DNA from: a bacterium
GTDB lineage: Bacteria > SZUA-79 > Acidulodesulfobacterales > Acidulodesulfobacteraceae
Length of the DNA stretch: 62,335 nucleotides
Assembly (NCBI GenBank): GCA_021798015.1
Contig: JAJZYP010000001.1
Coordinates: forward strand, 1 to 62,335
Direction of reading: 5' to 3'
Shown: one piece after another, positions 51,698 to 60,753 of the stretch
Position numbering within the stretch: the first letter of the stretch is position 1
Layout: the number at the start of each line of letters is the position of its first letter
Position numbers and translations under genes: made by a program
Notes under the pieces: generated by a model
What the model was told of the DNA's origin: nothing
Databases searched by the model: none
The model's input: only the letters and a program-made list of their open reading frames with translations

Positions 51698-51742
51698 TAA
51701 GTATGTGATTAAATATTATAATTTTGGGTTTTTGAGTATAAA

Positions 51743-53425
51743 TCAAACTACATAATTATTATACAAAAATTCATAAATTTTACAAGAATTATTAACGGAC
51801 TCAAAGGCAAACGGCATACTGCTATGCCATACGGCAAACGGCATATTCTGTTTTCCGCCTATGCCGCCGTGAGCGCCTAGCTGATTTTCAAAATTTATTA
51901 TGTTACTGCCGTTATATTCTCCAAATAATACTAAATCTCCCGCATTGTTAAACTTGCAAAACTTTTCGATAGATAAAAACGCTATATCCTTTTCTTCTTT
52001 GCTGTTATAATCGTCTATAATATATTTTAGACTTGAACAATCACCTGCACCCTTTTCAAAAAAATCTGAAAAACGATAAAACTTATGATAATTTTTGTCA
52101 AAAATAACTGCTTCATTATTATCGTTTTGCCCCATAATAAACCCAATACCTTTGGTTTCTGAAAGCATATCAATTAGATACGGAAAAGATTTTTCGACTT
52201 CTTCGACGGACATCTTTGACGATTTCCCCGAAAAATAAATATTGGACATGGGTCCTGAATTCATAATATAAATTATTTTATCTTTTTCCCAATTTATTTT
52301 TTCACCCAAATTATCAATCGTTTTATTATTTAAATCTATCTTCCCTGAAAACTTATTTAAGATTTTATTCCACGACCCTCTTTTAAAAAAATCGTTTATA
52401 TATATGATTAATCTTTTTATAGCTGCATTGTATCCCGTATCGAACTCATAAATAGTAAAATTATCATTTTTAATGTAATCTGCAATTATATTCTCAAGCT
52501 TTTTTTTATTATTTAGATGAAAAAAGGGTACGGATGGGGTGTGGCCATGGTCGGAAATAATAAAAAAATCATATTTTCTTTTGGCCTTTTTTATTTCTTT
52601 ATAAATATGATATATCTTTCTGTCTATGGCTTTTAATGTGCTTAAAGCGCTAATCGAATACGGTCCTCTACGATGAGAAATTTCGTCATAGCCTATATAA
52701 TCGAGATAGATGGATGGAACTCCTCTTGATATATCCATTATAGCGCCAAATGTCTCTATTTCTTTAAATATAATATTAGACATAACCCTTGCAAACGGAA
52801 AAAAACCTTCAGGACTAATATCTCGTCTTTTTACGACATCTACAATCCTTTCCCATATTTCAATTAAAAACTCAAAAAAAACATAAACAAAGGTCTTTAA
52901 AAAAGTGAAAATATGAAACATAAACACAATGAAAATATCAAAATTTCGAACCTTTCTTTTAAATAAATAACGAATAGAAAAGGTTGAAAGCGTGAAGGTT
53001 GATCTGGACGCTCCTCCGGTAAACAGATTGACATAACTTGAACCTCCTTTAAGGAGCCCGCGATGTTTTTTTGCAAGTATTTCTTCGATATACCCGGCAC
53101 TTTCAGGTTTTTTAAAAATTATCTCGTCTCCGGTTTTTCTTTCTACCCATCTAAACCCCGGTATATTATCATTATCTCCGTACAGTAATCCTGCCTGAAA
53201 AAAGGGTGTATCACTTGGAACTCCTATAAAATATTTGTCAAAACTATACCCATCCCTCATAATGATTTTTTTTAAATGGGGCATTAAATTAAGAGATAAC
53301 GCTTTTTTTATGGCTTCATGGGAGAGACCGTCAATCTGAAAGATAACAAAACCTTTCTTCTCTAAGGGTTTTCTGACTTTTATTTTTCTGATAGACTTTT
53401 TAAATATCTTTAAATTAATCTTCAT
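51743..53425 (-). CDS. Alkaline-phosphatase-superfamily enzyme (type I phosphodiesterase/nucleotide pyrophosphatase-like) with an internal hydrophobic hairpin
   Basis: 560 aa. Motifs VIFQIDGLSHEA (metal/nucleophile region), DEISHRRGP and FIISDHGHTP. A hydrophobic insert FDIFIVFMFHIFTFLKTFVYVFFEFLIEIW is present. Confidence 0.65.
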   Translation of the reverse strand: MKINLKIFKKSIRKIKVRKPLEKKGFVIFQIDGLSHEAIKKALSLNLMPHLKKIIMRDGYSFDKYFIGVPSDTPFFQAGLLYGDNDNIPGFRWVERKTGDEIIFKKPESAGYIEEILAKKHRGLLKGGSSYVNLFTGGASRSTFTLSTFSIRYLFKRKVRNFDIFIVFMFHIFTFLKTFVYVFFEFLIEIWERIVDVVKRRDISPEGFFPFARVMSNIIFKEIETFGAIMDISRGVPSIYLDYIGYDEISHRRGPYSISALSTLKAIDRKIYHIYKEIKKAKRKYDFFIISDHGHTPSVPFFHLNNKKKLENIIADYIKNDNFTIYEFDTGYNAAIKRLIIYINDFFKRGSWNKILNKFSGKIDLNNKTIDNLGEKINWEKDKIIYIMNSGPMSNIYFSGKSSKMSVEEVEKSFPYLIDMLSETKGIGFIMGQNDNNEAVIFDKNYHKFYRFSDFFEKGAGDCSSLKYIIDDYNSKEEKDIAFLSIEKFCKFNNAGDLVLFGEYNGSNIINFENQLGAHGGIGGKQNMPFAVWHSSMPFAFESVNNSCKIYEFLYNNYVV

Positions 53426-53440
53426 TTTTACTTAGTTTTT

Positions 53441-54214
53441 TTAATTATCCTCTTTTTCAAAAAAATAATTGGCAAGAAAAACCATTATAATCAGAAATAA
53501 TAAAAGAAAAACAAAATCCAGTATGATAGGGGTTTCCGGTATAAAAAAATTTACTTTTTTGTTATAAAAAAAGATATACTTCAATATGTCAACAGAATAC
53601 GTTATAGGATTAATATAAGCCAATATTTTTAAGAAAACAGGAAATCTTTTTATCGGATAAAGCGCACCGCTCACAAAAAACATTGGCTGAACTATAAGAT
53701 TTATAATTGAATTAAAGCCTTCGAAGGATGTCATTCGTGAGGCTATAACTATTCCAAAAGCGGTAATGGAACACGAAATTAAAAAAAGGGATAAAATGGT
53801 GAGGATAAATATGCTTAAAGATATTTTAATTCCCAACATCGGGGCAAAAGCCAGCATTATTATTGCCTGAATGGTGCTAATAATGCCGCCTGATGTTATC
53901 TTTGCAAATACAAATGTTTTTCTTGATAAAGGGGAGACAAGAATTTCTTTTAAAACCCCAAACTCCCTGTCCCATATTATCGATATTGAAGAAAAAATAG
54001 ATCTAAAAAGAACGGTCATAACAAGGATGCCCGGAAAAATAAACTGCATATAAGAACCGCCTTTAATCTTAACCATAGTTGAAATGCCAAAGCCAACAAA
54101 TAAAAGCCAGATAATCGGTCTTGAAAGGTCCGTGATAAGCCTTGACCTCTGTCTTACAAATTTCAAAATTTCTCTATTATTAATTGCAATAAATGCGCTT
54201 AATTCGGTTTTCAT
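53441..54214 (-). CDS. ABC-2-type transporter permease
   Basis: 257 aa with 6 predicted TM segments. The N-terminus REILKFVRQRSRLITDLSRPIIWLL is typical of ABC-2 (NodJ/Wzm/TagG-like) permeases. No ATPase gene is adjacent. Confidence 0.75.
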   Translation of the reverse strand: MKTELSAFIAINNREILKFVRQRSRLITDLSRPIIWLLFVGFGISTMVKIKGGSYMQFIFPGILVMTVLFRSIFSSISIIWDREFGVLKEILVSPLSRKTFVFAKITSGGIISTIQAIIMLAFAPMLGIKISLSIFILTILSLFLISCSITAFGIVIASRMTSFEGFNSIINLIVQPMFFVSGALYPIKRFPVFLKILAYINPITYSVDILKYIFFYNKKVNFFIPETPIILDFVFLLLFLIIMVFLANYFFEKEDN

Positions 54215-55050
54215 TTTTTACCGGTAATTACAAACTCTGTTTTTGAAACAAATAAATCATCCGTTGAATTTAAAAAATTAAAATAGTCGTTTAAGCCTTT
54301 GTGAAACTCCACCACACCGATAAGCCTTTCATTGAAAAGATCGTTTTTAACAAGTTCTAACTCATTTTGAATTAATAAAAAAGCGTTGCTCACCCCCGAA
54401 AAATTAAAGCCGTTATCCTTTTCCTTAAAAAAAGTTGTGGTATAAGGTTTTGCTTCTATATCCCTAAACCCGTTAGTAGCTAAAAAAGAAGGTAATTTTC
54501 TTGAAATAAACCTATCCCCCCCCTTTAACTTTTGATATTCCGAATAAATTTTAAATAAATTTTTAGAGCTTTTAGGCAAATCAGGATAAAATAAATTCAA
54601 CTCATCATCTATATCTATTATAACTAATATTCCATCATCTTTCATCACCCTTTTTACTTCTATAAGAAAGTCTCCCGATAAATTTATATGTTGTAAAACA
54701 TACCTGATAAAGATTATATCAAATACGGAGTCTTTCACGGGAATATTAAACCCATTCGCACATATAAAATACAAATTTTTATCTTCCGTTAAAGAATTAG
54801 CCGTATTTAAAAGTTCTTTATCGGTATCTATGCCAATAATCTTTTCCGCATTTTTATCTTTAAGTAAATACGGCAATATTCCTATGCCTGTTCCAATATC
54901 AGCCACTATTCTATTGTCAAAGCATAAGGATTGGCTATTTAACTGGCGGAATAGATAAGGGGATGTCAAATAGGACTGAAAAGCCAAAAAACGAACATGG
55001 GGCGAATAATTTAGCGATTTGCTTATTTTAATATATTTTTCGCAAAGCAA
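54211..55050 (-). CDS. Class I SAM-dependent methyltransferase
   Basis: 279 aa. SAM-binding motif I is VADIGTGIGILP, followed by an acidic post-I residue (IGID) and FDIIFIRYVLQH. It has a 4-nt ATGA overlap with the ABC-2 permease gene. Confidence 0.75.
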   Translation of the reverse strand: MLCEKYIKISKSLNYSPHVRFLAFQSYLTSPYLFRQLNSQSLCFDNRIVADIGTGIGILPYLLKDKNAEKIIGIDTDKELLNTANSLTEDKNLYFICANGFNIPVKDSVFDIIFIRYVLQHINLSGDFLIEVKRVMKDDGILVIIDIDDELNLFYPDLPKSSKNLFKIYSEYQKLKGGDRFISRKLPSFLATNGFRDIEAKPYTTTFFKEKDNGFNFSGVSNAFLLIQNELELVKNDLFNERLIGVVEFHKGLNDYFNFLNSTDDLFVSKTEFVITGKK

Positions 55051-55059
55051 GCAACCGTC

Positions 55060-56352
55060 CTAAAATATATCTTTTAAAGTTATAGTTTGTGTTCTTTCTT
55101 TTCCTATGGATATAATATTTAAGGGCAAGCCCGTCAGTTCTTCTATTCTTAAAAGATATTTTTGCGCATTTATAGGAAGATCTTTAAACAGTTTTATTCC
55201 GGATATTTCTTCGCCCCATCCGGAAACTTCTTCATATATAGGAATTATTTTATCATAATCGGCCATAGAAGGAGGAAGATGGTCTGTTTTAGAGCCTTTG
55301 AACATGTAGCCTGTACAAACATTAATTTTTTTTAAACCCGATAGGACATCAAGCTTGGTAACAGCCATACCTGTTATACCGTTTAAATTTTTAGCTTCTC
55401 TAATAAGGTTGGCATCGAACCAGCCGCATCTTCTCGGTCTTCCCGTAACAGAGCCAAATTCTTCGCCCTTATCCCGAATTATGTTGCCTGCTCCTTCTTT
55501 AAGTTCGGTAGGAAAATAGCCTTCACCCACCCTTGTAGTGTATGCTTTAGTGATTCCTATTACTTCATCGATTATGGTTGGGCCTAATCCTATACCTGCC
55601 AGGGCGCCGCCCGCCACTGTATTAGACGATGTAACATAAGGGTATGTCCCGTGGTCAACATCAAGAAATGTCCCCTGGGCGCCTTCAAGCATTATATTAA
55701 ACCCCTTCTTAAGTTTTTCGCTTACAAAGCTTGATGAGTCAATTAAAAAATCCTTTAATTTTGCGCCAAATTTAAAATAATCATCGATTAAATCGTCGGG
55801 ATTAAATACCTCTTCATCCAAAACATTTTTAAACAAATAATTTTTTTCTTTTAAACTTAAAACAATCTTGTCATATAATAACTCTCTGTCAAGCAAGTCT
55901 ATCGCTCTAATGCCAAGTCTTGCCACCTTATCTTCATATGTTGGACCTATCCCTCTTCCGGTTGTCCCTATCATACCGGCACCCCGTAATCTTTCCCTTG
56001 CTATATCAAGCCTTTTATGATAAGGCATAATTATATGGCACTTATTAGAGATAAAAAACCTATCTTTAATAACGACGCCTATCTTTTTTAAAGCATCTAA
56101 TTCTTCAAACAGCACTATCGGATCAACAACTACGCCGTTACCCAGAATACAGATTTTCTCCTCGTTAAGTATTCCAGATGGAACAAGTCTAAATACAAGG
56201 CTTAAGTTTCCGTTGACAACAGTATGTCCCGCATTATTCCCTCCCTGATAACGGGCTATAATGTCGGCATCTTTCGCCAATAAATCCACTATTTTCCCTT
56301 TTCCCTCGTCTCCCCATTGAAGACCGACAACAATGATATTTTTCTTTCCCAT
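55060..56352 (-). CDS. purA: Adenylosuccinate synthetase
   Basis: 430 aa. Motifs GLQWGDEGKGK, GGNNAGHT, GTTGRGIGPTYEDK and GVTKLDVL. Confidence 0.95.
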   Translation of the reverse strand: MGKKNIIVVGLQWGDEGKGKIVDLLAKDADIIARYQGGNNAGHTVVNGNLSLVFRLVPSGILNEEKICILGNGVVVDPIVLFEELDALKKIGVVIKDRFFISNKCHIIMPYHKRLDIARERLRGAGMIGTTGRGIGPTYEDKVARLGIRAIDLLDRELLYDKIVLSLKEKNYLFKNVLDEEVFNPDDLIDDYFKFGAKLKDFLIDSSSFVSEKLKKGFNIMLEGAQGTFLDVDHGTYPYVTSSNTVAGGALAGIGLGPTIIDEVIGITKAYTTRVGEGYFPTELKEGAGNIIRDKGEEFGSVTGRPRRCGWFDANLIREAKNLNGITGMAVTKLDVLSGLKKINVCTGYMFKGSKTDHLPPSMADYDKIIPIYEEVSGWGEEISGIKLFKDLPINAQKYLLRIEELTGLPLNIISIGKERTQTITLKDIF

Positions 56353-56420
56353 AAATCCCTTATTTCTTTATTTAAATTTAAAAAATTAAATTAATTTTAA
56401 TTAACCTTGTTAATATTTTT

Positions 56421-57719
56421 TCATTCAAAATATTTTTTAAAATCCGATATAGTTTTAAACCTATTTTCTTTACCATTGTAAATATGTTTTAAGAGAATAG
56501 AGTATTTTCCTTCCGATCGAGTTCCGCTGAACCGCGTTTTATTTTCATTATTTTTTATATATATAATATTTTTAATATTATTCTCTTCCGCATATTTTAA
56601 AGCATCTAAATAATCATAATTCATAAAATTAGATTCCAATTTTTTATCCTTATTTCTCAAAAACATAATTATTTCAGCTTCCGCTTTTTTATTATCCGTT
56701 TTATTAAAAACCAAATAATCCTCACTTTTTTTAGAATTATCTCCATCCACATATCTGCTAAGTATATCAAGATTAACGGCAAAACCGGCTCCAGCGCAAT
56801 TTTCTCCAAACATTCCAATTAAGTTATTATATCTGCCGCCCCCAAAAATTTCATAACCTGCATGCGGTATAAAACATTCAAAAATAGTTCCTGTGTAATA
56901 ATTTAGACCCCTAATTTCACCTAAATCTATTGTAATATATTTTTCAAGTTTATATGATTTTATGTATGAAATAACCCTTTCCATAGTTTCAAGAGCATTT
57001 ATCGCCCTTTTATTATCCGTCATTTTCCATGCCCTTTCTATTACCGATTTTTCGCCAAACATAAAGGGCAATTCTTTAATAATATCCTTTTTATTTGAAG
57101 GTAAAGATAAATCTTCCAAAAAAGTATTTAAACCCGAAGAATCTTTTTTAAGAGTAAATTCTTCGATTTTATTCCTGATAGGTTCGTCTATATCCGAAAC
57201 AATACCTCTAAAAAATTCAACATTTCCTATATCAACGCTAAAATCCTCAATATTAAGTTTTTTTAGGGATTCGATGCCCATAATAATAAGTTCGGCGTCG
57301 CTTTCAGGACTTTCCGGACCTATTAACTCAGCCCCTACCTGCCATATTTCGCGAGACTTTCCAAAAATAGGATCAAAGTTTCGTAAGACAGGCCCAAAGT
57401 ACGAAAACTTATACGGCAAAATATTGGAATTTCTTAATACCGAGCTAAGTCTGCCGATTTGAGGAGTAAAATCGCTTCTAAAAGAAAGCATCTCTCCAGA
57501 ACCTATATCTGCAACTTTAAATAATTCATTGGCTTTAGAGCTTAAAAGAAATATATCCAGATAATCGATACTGGGAGTTATAACCCTTTTATAACCCCAT
57601 CTATAAAATTCATCCAGTAAGATATTGGCGGCCTTATTAATCAATTCGGTTTCAAGAGGTAAAAAATCCCTTGTTCCCGGAGGGGGTTGCGAAGAAATTA
57701 TTGTGTTTTTTCTATTCAC
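56421..57719 (-). CDS. hisZ: ATP phosphoribosyltransferase regulatory subunit HisZ (HisRS paralogue)
   Basis: 432 aa. It has the HisRS-like PPGTRDFLP and REIWQVGAELIG, but it lacks the catalytic RYE-type motif 2 and an obvious anticodon-binding domain. The hisZ-purA adjacency is common. Confidence 0.65.
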   Translation of the reverse strand: MNRKNTIISSQPPPGTRDFLPLETELINKAANILLDEFYRWGYKRVITPSIDYLDIFLLSSKANELFKVADIGSGEMLSFRSDFTPQIGRLSSVLRNSNILPYKFSYFGPVLRNFDPIFGKSREIWQVGAELIGPESPESDAELIIMGIESLKKLNIEDFSVDIGNVEFFRGIVSDIDEPIRNKIEEFTLKKDSSGLNTFLEDLSLPSNKKDIIKELPFMFGEKSVIERAWKMTDNKRAINALETMERVISYIKSYKLEKYITIDLGEIRGLNYYTGTIFECFIPHAGYEIFGGGRYNNLIGMFGENCAGAGFAVNLDILSRYVDGDNSKKSEDYLVFNKTDNKKAEAEIIMFLRNKDKKLESNFMNYDYLDALKYAEENNIKNIIYIKNNENKTRFSGTRSEGKYSILLKHIYNGKENRFKTISDFKKYFE

Positions 57720-59296
57720 TATAATTCTAAATATTTTGCATCGGTTATATTTGGCTCAGACTTAAGCTTTTCAATGACACCATTATCAACTTGAGAGTCT
57801 AATTGTAAAATAGAAATCGCTTTATCCATATATCTTCCCAAATGCATCCTTGCGATATTAACATTATGCCTCCCAAGAACTCCTCCAATGGAGGATATAA
57901 CACCTGGTTTATCAAAATTAAATATGACAAGTATATGCCCCTCGGGGATGGCTTCGATTGAGTATTCATCTATTTTAACTATCCATGGATTTTTTTTGCC
58001 GAAAATTGCCCCCGAAATAGAGAATGTTTTTATATCGGTGGTAACAAAAATGCTAATAGTGCTCGTGTAATCAAACGCCTGTTCCGATTTTGATTCAGTA
58101 ATGGATATACCTCGTTTTTTTGCGGTTTCTATCGCGTTAACATAGTTTATCTCTTCTCCAAGTAATGGGTAAAGAACGCCTTTAACGATATTTGGCGTTA
58201 TAACATTAGTATTGTGGGAAGAGACAACCCCGTTATAATCTATTTTAATGGATTTAATTCCGCCAGTTATGATATTTCCCAAAAGTTTACCTATTTTTTC
58301 TCCTAAATTCAGATATGGACCTATTACCTCTGTCTCTTCTTTTGTAACGGATGGAACATTTACCGCATTTTTTATGGTTCCGTTAATAAGGTAATCTGCA
58401 ATCTGATTGCAAATTGCTACGGCAACATTAACCTGGGCCTCCTCTGTAGATGCTCCGAGATGCGGGGTGGCAATCAGATTATCAAGGGTAAGAAGGGGAT
58501 TATTAACAGGCGGTTCTATTTCAAAAACATCAAGAGCGCATGACGAAACTTTTCCTGATTTTAAAGCCTCATAAAGATCGTTTTCGTTTATTATACCTCC
58601 TCTCGCGATGTTTAAAAGTTTAACCCCGTCCTTCATTTTTGATATAGTTTCTTTGTTAATCATACCTTTGGTTTCTTTTACTAATGGCGTATGGACGCTA
58701 ATGTAGTCGGATTTTGCATATATTTCATCTAAGCTTACGAGATTTATTTCAAGTTCCAAGGCTTTATCTTTCGACAAAAAAGGGTCATATCCCAGAGCAT
58801 TCATACCAAAACATTTTGCCCTTTTATAAAGCACCTGTCCAATATTTCCCATACCGATTATACCCAATGTTTTACCGTAAACTTCCGTTCCCTGAAACTT
58901 GCTCTTTTCCCATTTGCCTTCCTTTATCGAAAGAAATGATTGCGGTATATGCCTCGACATGGCGAGTAACATTCCAAATGTAAGTTCGGCGGTGGTTATT
59001 GTATTCCCGCCGGGTGTATTCATGACAACTATGCCTGCCGCAGTTGCTGCCGCTTTATCCACATTATCGAGACCGCTTCCCGCTCTCCCGATAACTTTAA
59101 GGTTCTTTGCAGCCTCTATTATATCCTTAGTAAGTTTGGTTGCGCTTCTAATGACTATACCGTGATATTCATGAATTATTGCTTTAAGCTCTTCAGGTTC
59201 TAAGCCGGTTTTAATATCAACTTGAATCTTCCCTGTTTTAGTTAAGATATCCACCCCTTCTTTTGAAAGCTTATCGCTAACAAGAACCTTAAACAT
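57719..59296 (-). CDS. serA: D-3-phosphoglycerate dehydrogenase (long form with ASB and ACT domains)
   Basis: 525 aa. Motifs GIIGMGNIGQ, HTPL and ATPHLGAST, plus a C-terminal ACT domain (ILVIFNFDKPGVISSIGGVLGRHNVNIA). Confidence 0.95.
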   Translation of the reverse strand: MFKVLVSDKLSKEGVDILTKTGKIQVDIKTGLEPEELKAIIHEYHGIVIRSATKLTKDIIEAAKNLKVIGRAGSGLDNVDKAAATAAGIVVMNTPGGNTITTAELTFGMLLAMSRHIPQSFLSIKEGKWEKSKFQGTEVYGKTLGIIGMGNIGQVLYKRAKCFGMNALGYDPFLSKDKALELEINLVSLDEIYAKSDYISVHTPLVKETKGMINKETISKMKDGVKLLNIARGGIINENDLYEALKSGKVSSCALDVFEIEPPVNNPLLTLDNLIATPHLGASTEEAQVNVAVAICNQIADYLINGTIKNAVNVPSVTKEETEVIGPYLNLGEKIGKLLGNIITGGIKSIKIDYNGVVSSHNTNVITPNIVKGVLYPLLGEEINYVNAIETAKKRGISITESKSEQAFDYTSTISIFVTTDIKTFSISGAIFGKKNPWIVKIDEYSIEAIPEGHILVIFNFDKPGVISSIGGVLGRHNVNIARMHLGRYMDKAISILQLDSQVDNGVIEKLKSEPNITDAKYLEL

Positions 59297-59361
59297 TTAC
59301 TCCCCTCCTAATTATAATCATATGTAATTAAATATCTATATTTTAATAATTTTCTAATAAT

Positions 59362-60504
59362 TTACCCGCCGAAAAGGGCTTTTTGAGCCGCTTTAAGCCC
59401 GCTTCCAAGTTCAAATTTATAGCCTAATTCTTTTAAAACAGCCTCTAATGCGGAAATAGCCGTTATTACATCAAAGCATCCTGCATACCCGAGATGCGCT
59501 ATTCTAAATATCTTACCTTTTACGGCATCCTGACCGCCCGCAATAGTAATGCCGTATTTTTCTCTTATAAGCTTTGTTATCTTCCCCGCATCTATTCCCT
59601 CGGGCGCCCAAACAGCCGTAAGGGCATTTGAAGGTTCATCCGCCGTATAAAGTTTTAAACCCAAAGCCTGAACCGCCAATCTTGTGGCATTTGCAAGGCT
59701 TGCATGCCTTTTAAAGACTTTTTCGAGCCCTTCCTCTTTAATCTCCCTTAAAACCTCTCTTAATCCAATTATAAGTTGTACATTAGGGGTGTAAGCATTT
59801 TGATTTTTTTCTAACGACTTTTTTTCTTTCTTAAAATTAAAATAGTACTTAGGAAGAGTGGATTTCTCGACAAAAGACCATGCTTTATCGCTTAAGGAAG
59901 CGAAAGCAAGTCCCGGGGGAAGCATAAGCGCTTTCTGAGAACCCGTAACAATCACATCTATGCCCCACTCATCCTGCGGAATATTCACAACTCCAAGCGC
60001 TGTGATAGCATCGACTATAAGAATGGTATTCTCCCTTTTTTTAACAATATCGGCAATCTCTTTTACGGGATGATAAACGCCTGTGGATGTTTCCGAGGCT
60101 TGAATGTAAACCGCTTTTATTTCTGGGTCATTTTTCAGAGCATTTTCTATGTCCGTCGGAGAAACAGTATGTCCCCATTCCACATCTATGGCTTTTACAT
60201 TAACGGAATATGCTTTACATATGTCAAACCATCTTTCTCCAAATTTTCCCCCTCTTACCGCAAGCGCATGGTCTCCCGCCGAAAGAAGATTTGACACGCA
60301 GCCTTCCATAGCCCCTGTCCCGCTTGACGTAAATATTAAAACCTCCTGCTTTGTCTGAAATAAATACTTTAAATTATCTCTAACCTCCTGAAGTATAAGT
60401 GAATATTCGGGAGCCCTGTGATGTATAATAGGAAGCGCCATATCGGCTAAGGCGCGCTCCGGAACAGGAGTAGGACCCGGCGCCAGTAAATACTTTTTTT
60501 GCAT
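59362..60504 (-). CDS. Class V pyridoxal-phosphate aminotransferase (serine-glyoxylate/alanine-glyoxylate family). Next to serA, it probably acts as the phosphoserine aminotransferase.
   Basis: 380 aa. Motifs LLAPGPTPVP, SGTGAMEG and TGSQKALMLPPGL (PLP lysine context). Its position directly upstream of serA supports the role. Confidence 0.85.
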   Translation of the reverse strand: MQKKYLLAPGPTPVPERALADMALPIIHHRAPEYSLILQEVRDNLKYLFQTKQEVLIFTSSGTGAMEGCVSNLLSAGDHALAVRGGKFGERWFDICKAYSVNVKAIDVEWGHTVSPTDIENALKNDPEIKAVYIQASETSTGVYHPVKEIADIVKKRENTILIVDAITALGVVNIPQDEWGIDVIVTGSQKALMLPPGLAFASLSDKAWSFVEKSTLPKYYFNFKKEKKSLEKNQNAYTPNVQLIIGLREVLREIKEEGLEKVFKRHASLANATRLAVQALGLKLYTADEPSNALTAVWAPEGIDAGKITKLIREKYGITIAGGQDAVKGKIFRIAHLGYAGCFDVITAISALEAVLKELGYKFELGSGLKAAQKALFGG

Positions 60505-60642
60505 TTTTAACCTCTTCTAAAGTTAATTGATTAATAGTTATTTTTAACAAGATTAACTGATTTAGAATAATCTTATAAGGACATACATACATTAAATACT
60601 TAACCAAATTTATATGAAATTGTCAAGAATTTCTTAAATAAT

Positions 60643-60671
60643 TTGACATTTGCATTTAACCACATTATAAT
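60643..60671 (+). promoter_or_regulatory. Consensus sigma-70 promoter: TTGACA-N17-TATAAT
   Basis: TTGACA at 60643..60648, a 17-nt spacer, and TATAAT at 60666..60671. The -10 box ends 82 nt upstream of the ATG at 60754 of the MltD-like gene. It lies in a 249-nt divergent intergenic region. Confidence 0.5.
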
Positions 60672-60753
60672 TGTTTTTTAGCAAAATAGATAAGTAACGA
60701 TTATGAATAAATATTATAACCATAAAAAGAAAAAGAATATTTAAAAAGGCCTT

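Noticed and set aside
56962-57462. A 166-aa plus-strand ORF
   Set aside because: It is antisense within hisZ. It is Ser/Ile/Leu-rich with no recognisable domain, so it is a shadow ORF.
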